From: Octopus sinensis
Lineage: Eukaryota
NCBI RefSeq assembly: GCF_006345805.1
Contig: NC_043006.1
Span: 8,122,001-8,186,000, forward strand
DNA: 64,000 bases
Direction of reading: 5' to 3'
The position numbers and the translations under genes are program-made. The stretch's first letter is position 1, and each line of letters starts with the position of its first letter. Shown piece after piece: positions 11,712-23,367 of this stretch. Under the pieces are notes generated by a model that worked only from the letters and a program-made list of their open reading frames with translations, was not told where the DNA came from and did not search any database.

Positions 11712-14255
11712 ATATATTATATATAATGCATGTTTGTATACATGTGTGTGTAGCTATTTAGGATCTACACAAATTTTATATATACTCCACGAAGTTTATG
11801 ATAAGCGGAGATGTTTACATTTTAGTTAGCTATTTACATGTTTACGTTAACTACGTCACAAAATAGCTGTTTAGGTCACAGTAACAATATTTTGAGAGGC
11901 AGTAAATAATATGAGGTCGAAAGAAAGAATATCATTGGTTAAAATTCGAATTTTTAAACAACGTTAAACTTAGAAATTACAATTCCGTTTTCATTTTGGT
12001 TTACAATTATGTTTTCTTTTGACACATTCTACCAGTATACGAAGTTTCAAATTGTTTAGTTAACTAGGAAAATCTGGCTTTCAAAAAGAAAAGATCCCGC
12101 GGTTTTAACTGTCAAGATTTATGCTTTCACCTGACGCAGGCTTAAAGAATTATGCGATGAACTTGTTCTGTACAACTTCTAATCTGTTATAAAGCGTTGT
12201 TTTGGTTGTTGATTATTTTTTCTGTCATTATTGACATTGACAAATAGCTCCAATTTCGGTAAACATCCATATGCACACAAAGACCTTCACACACACATAC
12301 ACACAAGCGTAGTGTTTTGTTTCTTTTTTCAATATATTTGAAAGTAAAAATAACTGTTTGGCTGTCGGTCAATATTAATTCATTTGCTAACCGTGAATAA
12401 AACTAATTAAAACAACTGATTGATTATATTTTATTAGCTATTGATTATTGATGCTAGTCAATAAATTTCGCATTAGTGACCAGCTATTAACTTGTCTGTT
12501 TAAATTAATGTTTCCTTGCTTTTCCTTTATCACTTACGTGTTTTGACAATTGGTGATGGCTACCCCCAGCGATATTAGAAGCGTTCATAAAATATAAATT
12601 GACAGCTATATTTCTGAAGTACTAACTGGTTAGCATAAGCGTTTCAGAATTTGGAATTATATTGGAATATTGTGGGGTTTTTTCACTATATTTATTGTTA
12701 TTTTGAATTTTTGATCAGAACGGAACGGGTTGAAAGCCTTTCCAATCAATAAAGCATCTAAAATATTTCAAAGAGTCTGTTCGCTGAAAACTTCACACTG
12801 GTATTCATAACGCAGTAATTTTCCCCTTTTAACTAAAATTCCACTTCAAAAATGCAAGCGTTCCTCCCAGACTTATCATTAGAAACGTGAAAAATAAACG
12901 CTTGCGTAAAATATAAAGAAACCAGATGAATTAAATCAAAGAGCGACCAAAAAAATCGTTGTTAATCTAGGAAGAATGGTTAATATATTAGGGAATATTA
13001 TAACGTCAATAGTAAATATTTCAAGATATCTGAGAGTAGCGATTGTCAAGGCTGGAACAGAAGTAATGGGTTTAGGCAACAGGGAAATGGTACACTCAAT
13101 TTAGTCTATTGTACGAGATTATAAAATTTCTTTTTACTTATATTCAAATACATTCAGAAAGAATATAAACTAAACTAAGAGTAGCACTTAATGTATGACA
13201 CACCATAAATAATATAAAAATAATTCCGTTTGGAAGGCAAGGCACAGAGGCTCATAATGTCGGAACATCGATGTAATTTATTTCGACTTAAGCAAACAAG
13301 AGACAACTCTTACAATGTCTTCGAAGACATCGGTTTATGGCTAGTGACTTTCCTAAGAGACTAATCTGTTAATTTCCAGTTCACTGAACCGAATCCAATG
13401 GAATTAAGTATCTTGGCCTGTGATAGATCGGTTTGTCTGTAAATTTTCATCCCACTCAAACGTCTTTCTCTCAAATCCATAAAATAATTCCTTATTTGTT
13501 TGTTGTTTAAAGGCGGTCAAAGTTTTAGCCATAAATAATTCTAAACCAGTCAAACAGTATTATCAATGCTACCAAAAAATAAAATTTCCAAGCAATAAAT
13601 TCCTAGAGTTTGCGTGAAGAAACTTTATAATAAATATTTTAAAGCATCAATATATAAAGATATATTGTTTGGTTTACGACTTCTGGAATTAAACAGGTGA
13701 TATTTATTTTATATTTATTTTCCCCTTTTATAATTTTCTTTCTTTACATTATGTTATAAAGAAATCGAAATAGATTTTATATATTTATTTTTTAGTAGCA
13801 TTAGCATGATGTGTGATATTATAGGTGATATATTATATCTGTATGTTACATTAACTAGATATGTAATTATTATAAAGCCCGCAGGAGTGTAATACATTCC
13901 GTGAATAAAAGATATTAAGAATTCGTTATAAGATATAAAAATAACATAAAGTGTTGATATATTAATAGATATCAGAACGAAAATTACAGTTGTACGTTAT
14001 CTACACTTACTGTGCTAAGTATAAATATTATAGTATGTACCAACAAGGCCCCACAGGCCCATGCTAGTATTTGTTATTGAAGATTTCTTTTTGTACACTG
14101 TATCTAAGATGAGATAAGCATGCTTGACAAAAAATGAAAGAGAGAGAGTGTGTGTGAATGGGTGTGTTGTCATGTATACGTACATACAAAAATATGCAAA
14201 CATCTAGTTTTAATATATGTATGTGTGTGAGAGTGAGAGTGCCACCGAGACATCA

Positions 14256-14292
<37 letters not shown>

Positions 14293-14834
14293 CACACACA
14301 CACACACACACATAAATGTATACAAATATACATACAAAAACACACATGTGCGTGTGTGACTAACTACAAATATATTGTGCTGAACACGGCGGCAAAAAGT
14401 AAATAATTAAAAGCTTTTTCCGGAACTTAACAAGCAAAATTTATGAACTTAATAAATATATATTCCGGTAATTTATCGTAGGTGTTTGCAAATAGCGAAT
14501 TAAAACTTGAAATAAAAACATTGAAAAAGAGAGTTAGAGATTTCGCAAATGAAAATGGAAAATTTCGCCGTTGCTACAGCAATATCGGAAATTGACATTG
14601 AGAAACCTTTTTAAAGAAGAGAATCATATATATAAAACAATAGTATGTATTTTTGATTAAAAAAATAAACTGAAGGATCTATTATGTATCTGAGGTCAAA
14701 TTATTCATGCATCCCAAGTATGGAAGCAATTCGCGCAGCCGTTTTCGCATGAAAACGAACACAGACAGGTGTATTTTATATAGGAGATACAAATATAGAT
14801 TACGTACATATATATGTATGTACGTATGTATACA

Positions 14835-14908
<74 letters not shown>

Positions 14909-14922
14909 CATATATATATATG

Positions 14923-14954
<32 letters not shown>

Positions 14955-16640
14955 CAGGTATATTGTTGTGGCGAGAGTTATTGACACCCCTGGTGAATTG
15001 GAAGAATGGACTAGCCGAACTCTTATAAAGAGTAGTGGTCGGTAATAGTCAGAGAGAGCGTTTTGATAGTTTATAGTTCTTCGGTTGCATTGTTGGGTAC
15101 ACACGTGTTTTTGGCTGTCCTGGTGGAGTGTGGTTTTTCTTCTTGTATAATGGAGTGGCGTCGCGCGAGAAGTTGGGAAGAGTTGAGATATTCTTCCCTA
15201 GAATGTGATTCGTCTGAGGAGGATTTAGTTGAATACTTGAACAAGATGGACAAGAAAATGGAGAAGATAGATTATACAGCGACGGCTACAGAAAAAATTG
15301 AAGAAATCAATCTGGAAGGGTTGAGTGAGTTCAAGGAAATGCTTGAAAGGGAGGAGAACGATGTGAAGGTGCTCCCCTAAAAAAGTATTAAAAGACAAGG
15401 AAGAAAGAATAATTGTACACAGAACTTATGCCAAAGCAGCTAGGAAAATTGACGTGGTGTCGGAAGCACAGGTAGAAAAGGCACTGAGGTCAGTCTGACA
15501 GGAGGTAGTATATAATATGTAACGGTGGAGGTGCAGTTTAGGGAGATAGCAACTGCCAGACTATACTCGACCATACCACTGAAGACAGTCGAGGTGGTGC
15601 TTCTACCCATGTACCTTGGGAGACGTACTTCCAGGGTGCGAGTGGAAGACATACCACCAGAAGTGGATGTAACCTGGCTGGTGGTTGCCATACTGCTGGG
15701 CACGGAAGAGAAGCTGGTGGTCCTGCAGGCCACCAGAATACCCCACAACCATTGAAAGGGACAAACATTTGAAATGGTGGCACAGGTCGCGGAGGAGGAC
15801 TCGGAAAAAAATGGGTGAAAGTATCACAGTGGGAGAGTCGACTTCAAAAGTTAGAATGGAAGGGAGGCTTCCGCGATGTTAAAAATGTGGCATGAAAGGC
15901 CACATTCGAGCGGAGTGTCCTGTACCACTAGAAAAAACAAAGAGAGACAGGAGGAAAACGTGGTTGGTGTTACACTGCCTGTGGAGGTAGATATAAGTGA
16001 GATGGAAGTACAGAAGAAAACAGGTGCCAGTGAGGAGAAGGAGGAAGAATCAAATACCAGTTGGGAAATCGAGGAGTAAAAGAATAGGAAGAGGAGGAAA
16101 AACACACAAGGTAAAAATTTTCCCCCAACCCACACCCACTCGACCCTCACCTACATCCACACTACCCAAGCCACTCTCTACTAACACCAACCCCTCCCCA
16201 TGCTCAGTCAGACAAAAATAACTATGGCAAACACACAGGAGCCTCAAAATTACCAACCCCGCCCTGTAATGAAAAATTCGTATTGATGTACAATGGACAG
16301 ATTGAGGAATTGGATAACGAAGTAAATTCGTGGGACGGAATAGTCAAGGTGCATATAGCAGGTGTAAGGGGTCTGCCCGAGAACGACTTTATGCTGACGG
16401 ACCTGAAGAATCTGTGGAAGGTGCACAGGTATATAGAAAACTATGACTGTGAGTGGTGGTCTAAAAAATAGACACCAGCATATTGAAGAAAAAAATAAGG
16501 TACGTGGACATTGGAAAAAATATAATATAGACATTTTGGAAAAAAATATTGGTGAACTATTGTGTAAATAATTGTGTTCAAATGATATGTCAAATTGGCA
16601 GTTCCAAAGGGTAATGCAATTGGTGTTGTTACAGGTTCAA
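14955..16640 (+). mobile_element. ORF1-only (Gag-like RRM + CCHC knuckle) L1/Tx1-derived element, degenerate
   Basis: VEVQFREIATARLYSTIPLK...LGRRTSRVRVEDIP and EGRLPRC*KCGMKGHIRAEC align with ORF1 at 47386-48237; no ORF2; microsatellites on both sides. Confidence 0.7.
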
Positions 16641-16684
16641 TATGTGTGTATATATATATATAAGTATATATATACATATATATA

Positions 16685-17078
16685 TTTAAGTAGTTGAATG
16701 AATTATCTTAGTATGGATAATTCGGTTAACCGATACCTGGGTAGCAAATTCACGTCAGAAAAACACGGTTGAAGCTACATGCCAAGGGCAGAGATCACGT
16801 GCTTTCGTGTGGAAATTTGTGTGTTTTTTTTAATACAAATAAATGAAAGAATGGAGTTGAACGACGATTTAACAAAATTCCTTTATTCTCGACATATGTT
16901 TCGAAGGCTGCATATTCCTAATTTCGAAGGAATAAGGGGTGCATTATGCCGCCTTCTCATCAGGAAAAACAAGGAACTGATGTCAGCATCAAGATGAACA
17001 AAAACTTTTAGATGAGTGCCCACAGTTTTTGTTCATCCTTGTTTTTCCTGATGAGAAGGCGGCATAATGCACCCCTTA
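16685..17078 (-). mobile_element. Hammerhead-bearing element with an inverted partial 5' copy, between TA tracts
   Basis: 16933-16975 is a perfect inverted match of 17036-17078; ribozyme at 16886-16968. Confidence 0.7.
16886..16968 (-). ncRNA. Type I hammerhead ribozyme, canonical core, palindromic stem III
   Basis: UUUUC CUGAUGA GAAGGC...GCCUUC GAA ACAUAUGU C GAGAA; GUC cleavage triplet. Confidence 0.8.
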
Positions 17079-17094
17079 TATATATATATAATAT

Positions 17095-17134
<40 letters not shown>

Positions 17135-17137
<3 letters not shown>

Positions 17138-19150
17138 TTTGATACTTTGATACTTTGATAGGTTTCGGCCATTATTGGCCCAGGCCATGTCTAACTTAAT
17201 AGCACCACCTGGTGAAGTCTTTCAAGTCAGAATTTGGGCACTATGGCCCACTCAAGTAGAGAGTTATTGTTTACAGAGACATATCCGGGTGTAGGGGGTT
17301 TATCCGGGATTTCTTGAAGGAATCTGTCCAAAGACTTCTTGAACCCTATAGGGTCAGTTTCTGTTTTAATGTGTTTTGGTGTAATGTTAAGAGAGCGGGG
17401 CCAATTGAGGTGAAATAATTGTGCCGTATTGTTGTTATGAGATGAGAGTGCGATTTTTGTTTTGGGGCGGATGGCACGGGGCCCAAGCCTTGGATGTACC
17501 TTAAAGGTGATGCCAACATCATTTGGGCAATGCTGATGGAATATTTTCCACATCATGCAGATGATGTAGCGCTCACGACGACGTTGGAGAGGATAGAGTT
17601 TTAGCTTTTCTAGTCGACCCCAATAGTCGAGGCCTGTCATGCCATCTATCTTTTTTGTGATTGCCCTTTGAGGTGCTTCAACTTTTATGATACCTTGTAT
17701 TGTGTGGGGAGACCACAGTGGACAACAGTATTCAAGGTGGGGTCGGGCAAAAGTGGAGAAGAGAAGGATAATGGTGTGGATATCTCTCGACTGGAAAGTT
17801 CTGAGAATCCAGGAACACATTCTGCGGGCCATGTCAACTTTGGTGTTTATATGAGTGGCCCAGCTTATGTTGTTGTCCACAATTACTCCCAGGTCTCTGA
17901 TGTTGTTGGAACGCCGCGAGAGTTTTCACCTGAAGGAAGGGAGTATGGGAGTTTCAGGGCATCCCCTTTTCCAAAGTGGTTAGCTCAATTTATCCTCGTT
18001 CAGCAGCATATTGTTTTTTTTCTCGCCCATTGGATAACAGCCAGTAGATCTGACTGAAGGCATGTCCGGTCACTCGCCTCATTTATGACCTTCTGTAGCT
18101 TGAAGTCATCTGCAAAGATTTTTTGTTGCTGTGCTTGATGATGTCATTAATGTCATTAATGTAATGATGAAAAGAAGTGGGCCCAGCACAGTGCCTTGCG
18201 GAACGCCCCTACTGACTTTGGCTGGGCTTGATTTTACCCCTTCAACTACAACATGTTGAGATCTGTCTGTCAGGAAACACTTGATCCATTTCAGTAACTT
18301 TCCAGAGACACCAATGTTGGATAGTTTTTTCAATAGGATCTTGTGATCGACCCTGTCGAAGGCCTTACTGAAATCGAGGTAGATGACATCGGTGTTGGAG
18401 CCCTCTCCCAAAGCTCTCAAAATGTCCTCAAAGTGATGCAGGAGCTGCGTTAGGCAGTCCCTTCCATTACGGAACCCATGTTGGTTGGAGATCAGCCGTC
18501 TGTTGCTTTCCAGAAATTGGGTTATTCGAGATCTCACCACCCTCTCTAATACCTTGATGATATGAGAGGTGAGTGAGATCGGACGGTAATTCACTGCAAG
18601 GGACTTGTTTCCCTTTTTGAAAACTGGGACAACAGACTGGGACAGAAGGTTTTTTGGAATATAGTCAGCATCCAGTGAGTTTCTCCACAGATTAGCAAGG
18701 GGAGATGCAAGTTGGTGTCGACACACCTTCAGGACACAAGCAGGGAACCTATCGGGGCCTACTGCTGAATTGTGTTTTATTTCGTTTATCGCCGCTAAGA
18801 CATCAGGGGCACTAAACGTTATGTCCGATATAGTGTGTTGGGGGTTGACATCACTGATACAGCCCAGATCGGCCATATCAGGATTGCTGAAAACAGAGCA
18901 GTATTGTTTCTGCAGTATCTCGGCCATGGATTTGGCATTATCTTGGAGAGTGCCAGTTTCGTCAATTAGAGGGCCTACAGTGGAGACAGTGACCCTGCGT
19001 TTCCTCGCAATGAAAAGAACACTTTGGGGTTGAGTTTGATTTTTTCAATGGCCCACTTCTCTTCAGCTGATCTTTGGTTATTGATGAGGGTCTTCATGCA
19101 TTGTTGGAGGTTATATTTTTTGGATTCAAGCAGTGCGATAGCCGTCGAAT
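17135..19150 (-). mobile_element. 5'-truncated CR1-type LINE (RT domain, frameshifted)
   Basis: YRPISLTS, QHGF, YLDFSKAFDRVDH, GVPQGTVLGPLLF, IFADD; 3' tail of three TATCAAAG octamers at 17135-17158; (TA)n on both flanks. Confidence 0.92.
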
Positions 19151-19177
19151 GTGCGTGTTATGTATATATATATGTAT

Positions 19178-19229
<52 letters not shown>

Positions 19230-19271
19230 GTATATATATTATATATATGTATAAATATATGTATATAGATA

Positions 19272-19304
<33 letters not shown>

Positions 19305-19350
19305 GTATATATATGTATATATATATGTATATATATATATATATATACAT

Positions 19351-19695
19351 AATAATGAAGGGTGAAATTAATTAATTTGGAATAATTATCAATTACACCA
19401 AGTAGTCTTCGGCATGTAAAAGCCTCATTCGAGGAAAATTTAAGTAATACTAAGCAATAAAGGGTTTAGCAACGAATTGCCTTACCACATACCGAATTTA
19501 GAAATAGCAGTCAAAGAGTTATTTGCCGTCAATTGCCGTCAATTCATTCCCTCTTACCTGTTTGTGTCTGCCTTCCAATTGCTGTTTTTACTGAGACCTC
19601 CCTTTTTAGTAGAAGAAATAGCTATAACTCTTTGACTGCTATTTCTAAATTCGGTATGTGGTAAGGAAATTCGTTGCTAAACCCTTTATTGCTTA
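19351..19695 (-). mobile_element. Foldback element: (TA)n-Y-spacer-Y'-X
   Basis: 72 bp inverted arms at 19451-19522 and 19624-19695 (1 mismatch); related to 10571-11110; tail tttcaccctt. Confidence 0.75.
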
Positions 19696-19751
19696 TATAT
19701 ATATACATATATATGTATATATATGTATATATATATGTATATATGTATATA

Positions 19752-19847
<96 letters not shown>

Positions 19848-19937
19848 GGGAGAGTTTACGGAAAAAAACAAAAGACGAAGACGGCGGTGTACAAAACAAA
19901 CAGATGTATTAGTATAACGCTCAGGAATAGAAAAAGT

Positions 19938-19973
19938 CTTTTACGTTTCGAGCCTACGCTCTTCTACACAAAG
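19938..19973 (-). ncRNA. Minimal hammerhead-like motif with a mutated core, in a short repeat (19848-19980)
   Basis: CUUU GUGUAGA A GAGC GUAG GCUC GAA ACGU A AAAG; sister copy at 32148-32183. Confidence 0.55.
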
Positions 19974-21356
19974 GGACAATGAAAAACATGTATGGATATA
20001 AGATTGTATATCTAATAGGGTGGATACGTTTTGAGGAGTTTTAGTACATGGGCACTATGCGTAGTTGTTGGCGAAGCGGGGAGCAAAAATGGAAATCTTC
20101 TCCGCGGAAGCACTGCTCACAGAGCTCGTATGGTCGAGAAGAGCAAAGAAGAACAAGGAGTCTGTAAAGTTGGTAATAAGCCTTTTAACAAGTAAGAAGA
20201 AAAATCGGCTGCAATATGGTAGTTGGGAGTGATTGAGGTCTGTAGACTGTATGATATACAGATGTATGCTTCACTGTTTGAATAATGGTCATATACAGAG
20301 TTGCCCTATTGAGTAAGTTACTTCCAAACGAGAAGCCTGACCAAAATGTTTTCAACACCATAAACTTGCCCAACGTTTAAATCGACAACGTAAAAAGCTG
20401 GAACAAATAACGAAAGATAGCTCGTCCGACACCCTAAAATGCCATATATTCATCACCACCATTCTTGATTGATACTTGAGTTCATCGATCTCGAAAAGAT
20501 GAAAGATAAAGTTGAAATGAGTAGGACTGGAACAAATAAGGCAATCGGTACTGCGTTCTAACGACTCCGCCAATTGCCGCATACCAACGCACACACATTT
20601 ACACATAAATGTATATGTCGTTTGTATATGTTTATATAATAAATGTATACCTATATACATTGAGTAAGTGTATATATGTACTGTGTGGGTTTGTGTGTGT
20701 GTGTGTGTGTGTGCACATTTATATACGTATATAACTTTATCACAAATTTTTTGCATTTCAATGAAATAAAGTAGATAATTTATCTATTACCGTTCTAATG
20801 AATAACAGATCGATAGTAATTCATGATTCCTTCACACCCGTTCCTCGAAGATAAAAGACGAAAACGTCTTAGAATATACTTGAACACAGGGGAATGATGC
20901 TACACCAACCAAATATGACATGCATTCATACATACATACATACATACATACATACATAAATACAAACATACATACATACATGCATACATACATAAATACA
21001 TACATATATACATGCATACATACATACATACATACATACATACATAAATAGACACATACGTACGTACATGCGTACATACATACATACAAGCATACATACA
21101 TACGTACGTATTTATGTATGTATGCTTGTATGTATGTATGTATTTATGTATGTATGTGTGTATGCATGTATGTATGTATGTAGAGAAAATAGATGTATGT
21201 GTATATATATATATATTACGGAGATGTACTCGCATAGCAAGTAATTTGATCTGAGATCATGTGCTGAAACGAAAACAATTGCAGCGTGGAAGGTGTTTAT
21301 AAGCCATTTAAGAAACACACAAAAGCCGTTCGATTCACTTCAACATTTAAGTTTAA

Positions 21357-21406
21357 TTTGTCAAAATATTTTCGTCGCTAAAATCCGCGACCTGTTCACT
21401 GACAAA
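21357..21406 (-). ncRNA. Minimal type I hammerhead with a G3-C8 core swap, in a ~210 bp element (21217-21427) between TA tracts
   Basis: UUUGUCA GUGAACA G GUCGC GGAUUUUA GCGAC GAA AAUAUU U UGACAAA; 7-bp stem I, 5-bp stem II, palindromic stem III. Confidence 0.7.
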
Positions 21407-21427
21407 AATCCGTGCTGCATATTGTTG

Positions 21428-21522
<95 letters not shown>

Positions 21523-21589
21523 TTATATTTACTTATATTTATTTATATATATATATATTTATTTATGTATATATATGCAAAATATATAT

Positions 21590-21642
<53 letters not shown>

Positions 21643-21667
21643 TATATATATATGCATACATACACAT

Positions 21668-21885
21668 ATGCGAAAGGGTGCTGAAGGTTCCTGGCTTTAA
21701 AGGTATCGCAAAATGTCTGGTTGGAATCCCATTCTTCCGGGTTCTTTTGCAGAGCTTAGAAAAACTGAAGGACCGCTGCAATAAGTGTGTGAATCTAAGA
21801 GACGAATAAGTTGAATAAAATCATAATTAACTGATCCTCCTATATTTCCCTTTAACCAAACCTAGGAACTTTTCAGTAACCTGTC

Positions 21886-21886
<1 letters not shown>
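21668..21886 (+). mobile_element. Mariner-derived MITE
   Basis: Imperfect TIRs gggtgctgaaggttcctgg / ctaggaacttttcagtaacc; C-terminal transposase remnant [14 protein letters not shown]. Confidence 0.6.
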
Positions 21887-21927
<41 letters not shown>

Positions 21928-22566
21928 GTGCACATTCTTCTATTGCCTTGTTTCCCTCCATCAAGTAATTCCAAATACGATAATGCTTTTATTCACATCA
22001 GAGAATTGTTCAGAAATCTTCAAATGTATGCTTTATGATCTCATCGATTCTATGTTTGTATAAATGACGTCATATGGAAAATTATATTTCAACCTGCGTC
22101 TCGTGAAGAAAGATAATTTGATATTTAAATACTTTTCTAAACTGCTGGAGCCTGCCAGAACGAATTTTGCTTTGTTCTTCATTTCTCTAAGAGAGCAATA
22201 CGTTCTTAAAACACATTTGTTACCTCCTAAATATAACGTCACATATTTATTTATTTTATTTTTTAATACGGAGTTGATCAGTTTGTCGTAAAATTATGCA
22301 ACCAGTAATAAATCAAAGTTATTAGAGAGAATAACTGAAGATTAATGTCAGACAAAAATCACAAATTCCATCTTCGAATTTGGATTAGTTTGAGTAGATG
22401 ATTCAATTCTAATTGACGTTTCTGTCTTCTTTCAAATGGAACTCTAGTAACTTCATGCAATGTGCCAAATATTTTCACATACAGAGACAACAGCAAACAA
22501 TAATACCCATAAAATAAACTGTTGGGCAGAAAATAAAGATTATATTTATGTATCTATATAAATATA

Positions 22567-22986
22567 TATTTCTTTATTGCCCGCAAGGGGCTAAACATAG
22601 AGGGGACAAACAAGGACTGACAAACGGATTAAGTCGATTACATCGACCCCCAGTGCGTAAATGGTACTTATTTACTCGATCCCGAAAGATGAAATGCAAA
22701 GTCAACCTTGGCGGAATTTGAACTCAGAATGGAACGTAACGGCAGACGAAATACCTATTTCTTTACTACCCACAAGGGGCTAAACACAGTGAGCCCAAAC
22801 AAGGACAGACAAACGGATTAAGTCGATTATATCGACCCCAGTGCGTAACTGGTACTTAATTTATCGACCCCGAAAGGATGAAAGGCAAAGTCGACCTGGG
22901 CGGAATTTGAACTCAGAACGTAACGGCAGACGAAATACCGCTGAGCGTTTCGTCCGGCGCGCTAGCGTTTCTGCCAGCTCGCCGCC
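22567..22986 (-). mobile_element. tRNA-derived SINE family A, one head with two tandem bodies
   Basis: Head GGCGGCGAGCTGGCAGAA and B-box-like GAGTTCAAATTCC on the minus strand; body repeated. Confidence 0.85.
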
Positions 22987-23367
22987 TTATATCTATATAA
23001 ATATATTTACATGGATAGTTACATGCATTCCTTTACATTGATTGCAATTCGCTATACCGTATTTCAGTTAGTTAGATATTCTGTTTGTTGTTTATATTTG
23101 TCGAACTACTTAGGGCTATAAGATGTGAACGCAAACTATAAAATGACATAATATCAGCTAATTCTGGTCTAAACATAAACACAAAAACGGATACACACAT
23201 ATATGCATACTCACGCACAAATATTCACACATACATACACACACACACACACGACGCGCGCGCGCGCGCAACACATATGTCAAGTACACGGGATTTGCTT
23301 CAGTTTTCCGAATTATATTTACACACAGTGGACAACGCATGGCTAAGATGGATATTGCCTGTTTAAA

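Noticed and set aside
13266-13300. IDVIYFDLSK RT-like peptide
   Set aside because: About 12 codons only; plausible CR1 crumb but too short to annotate
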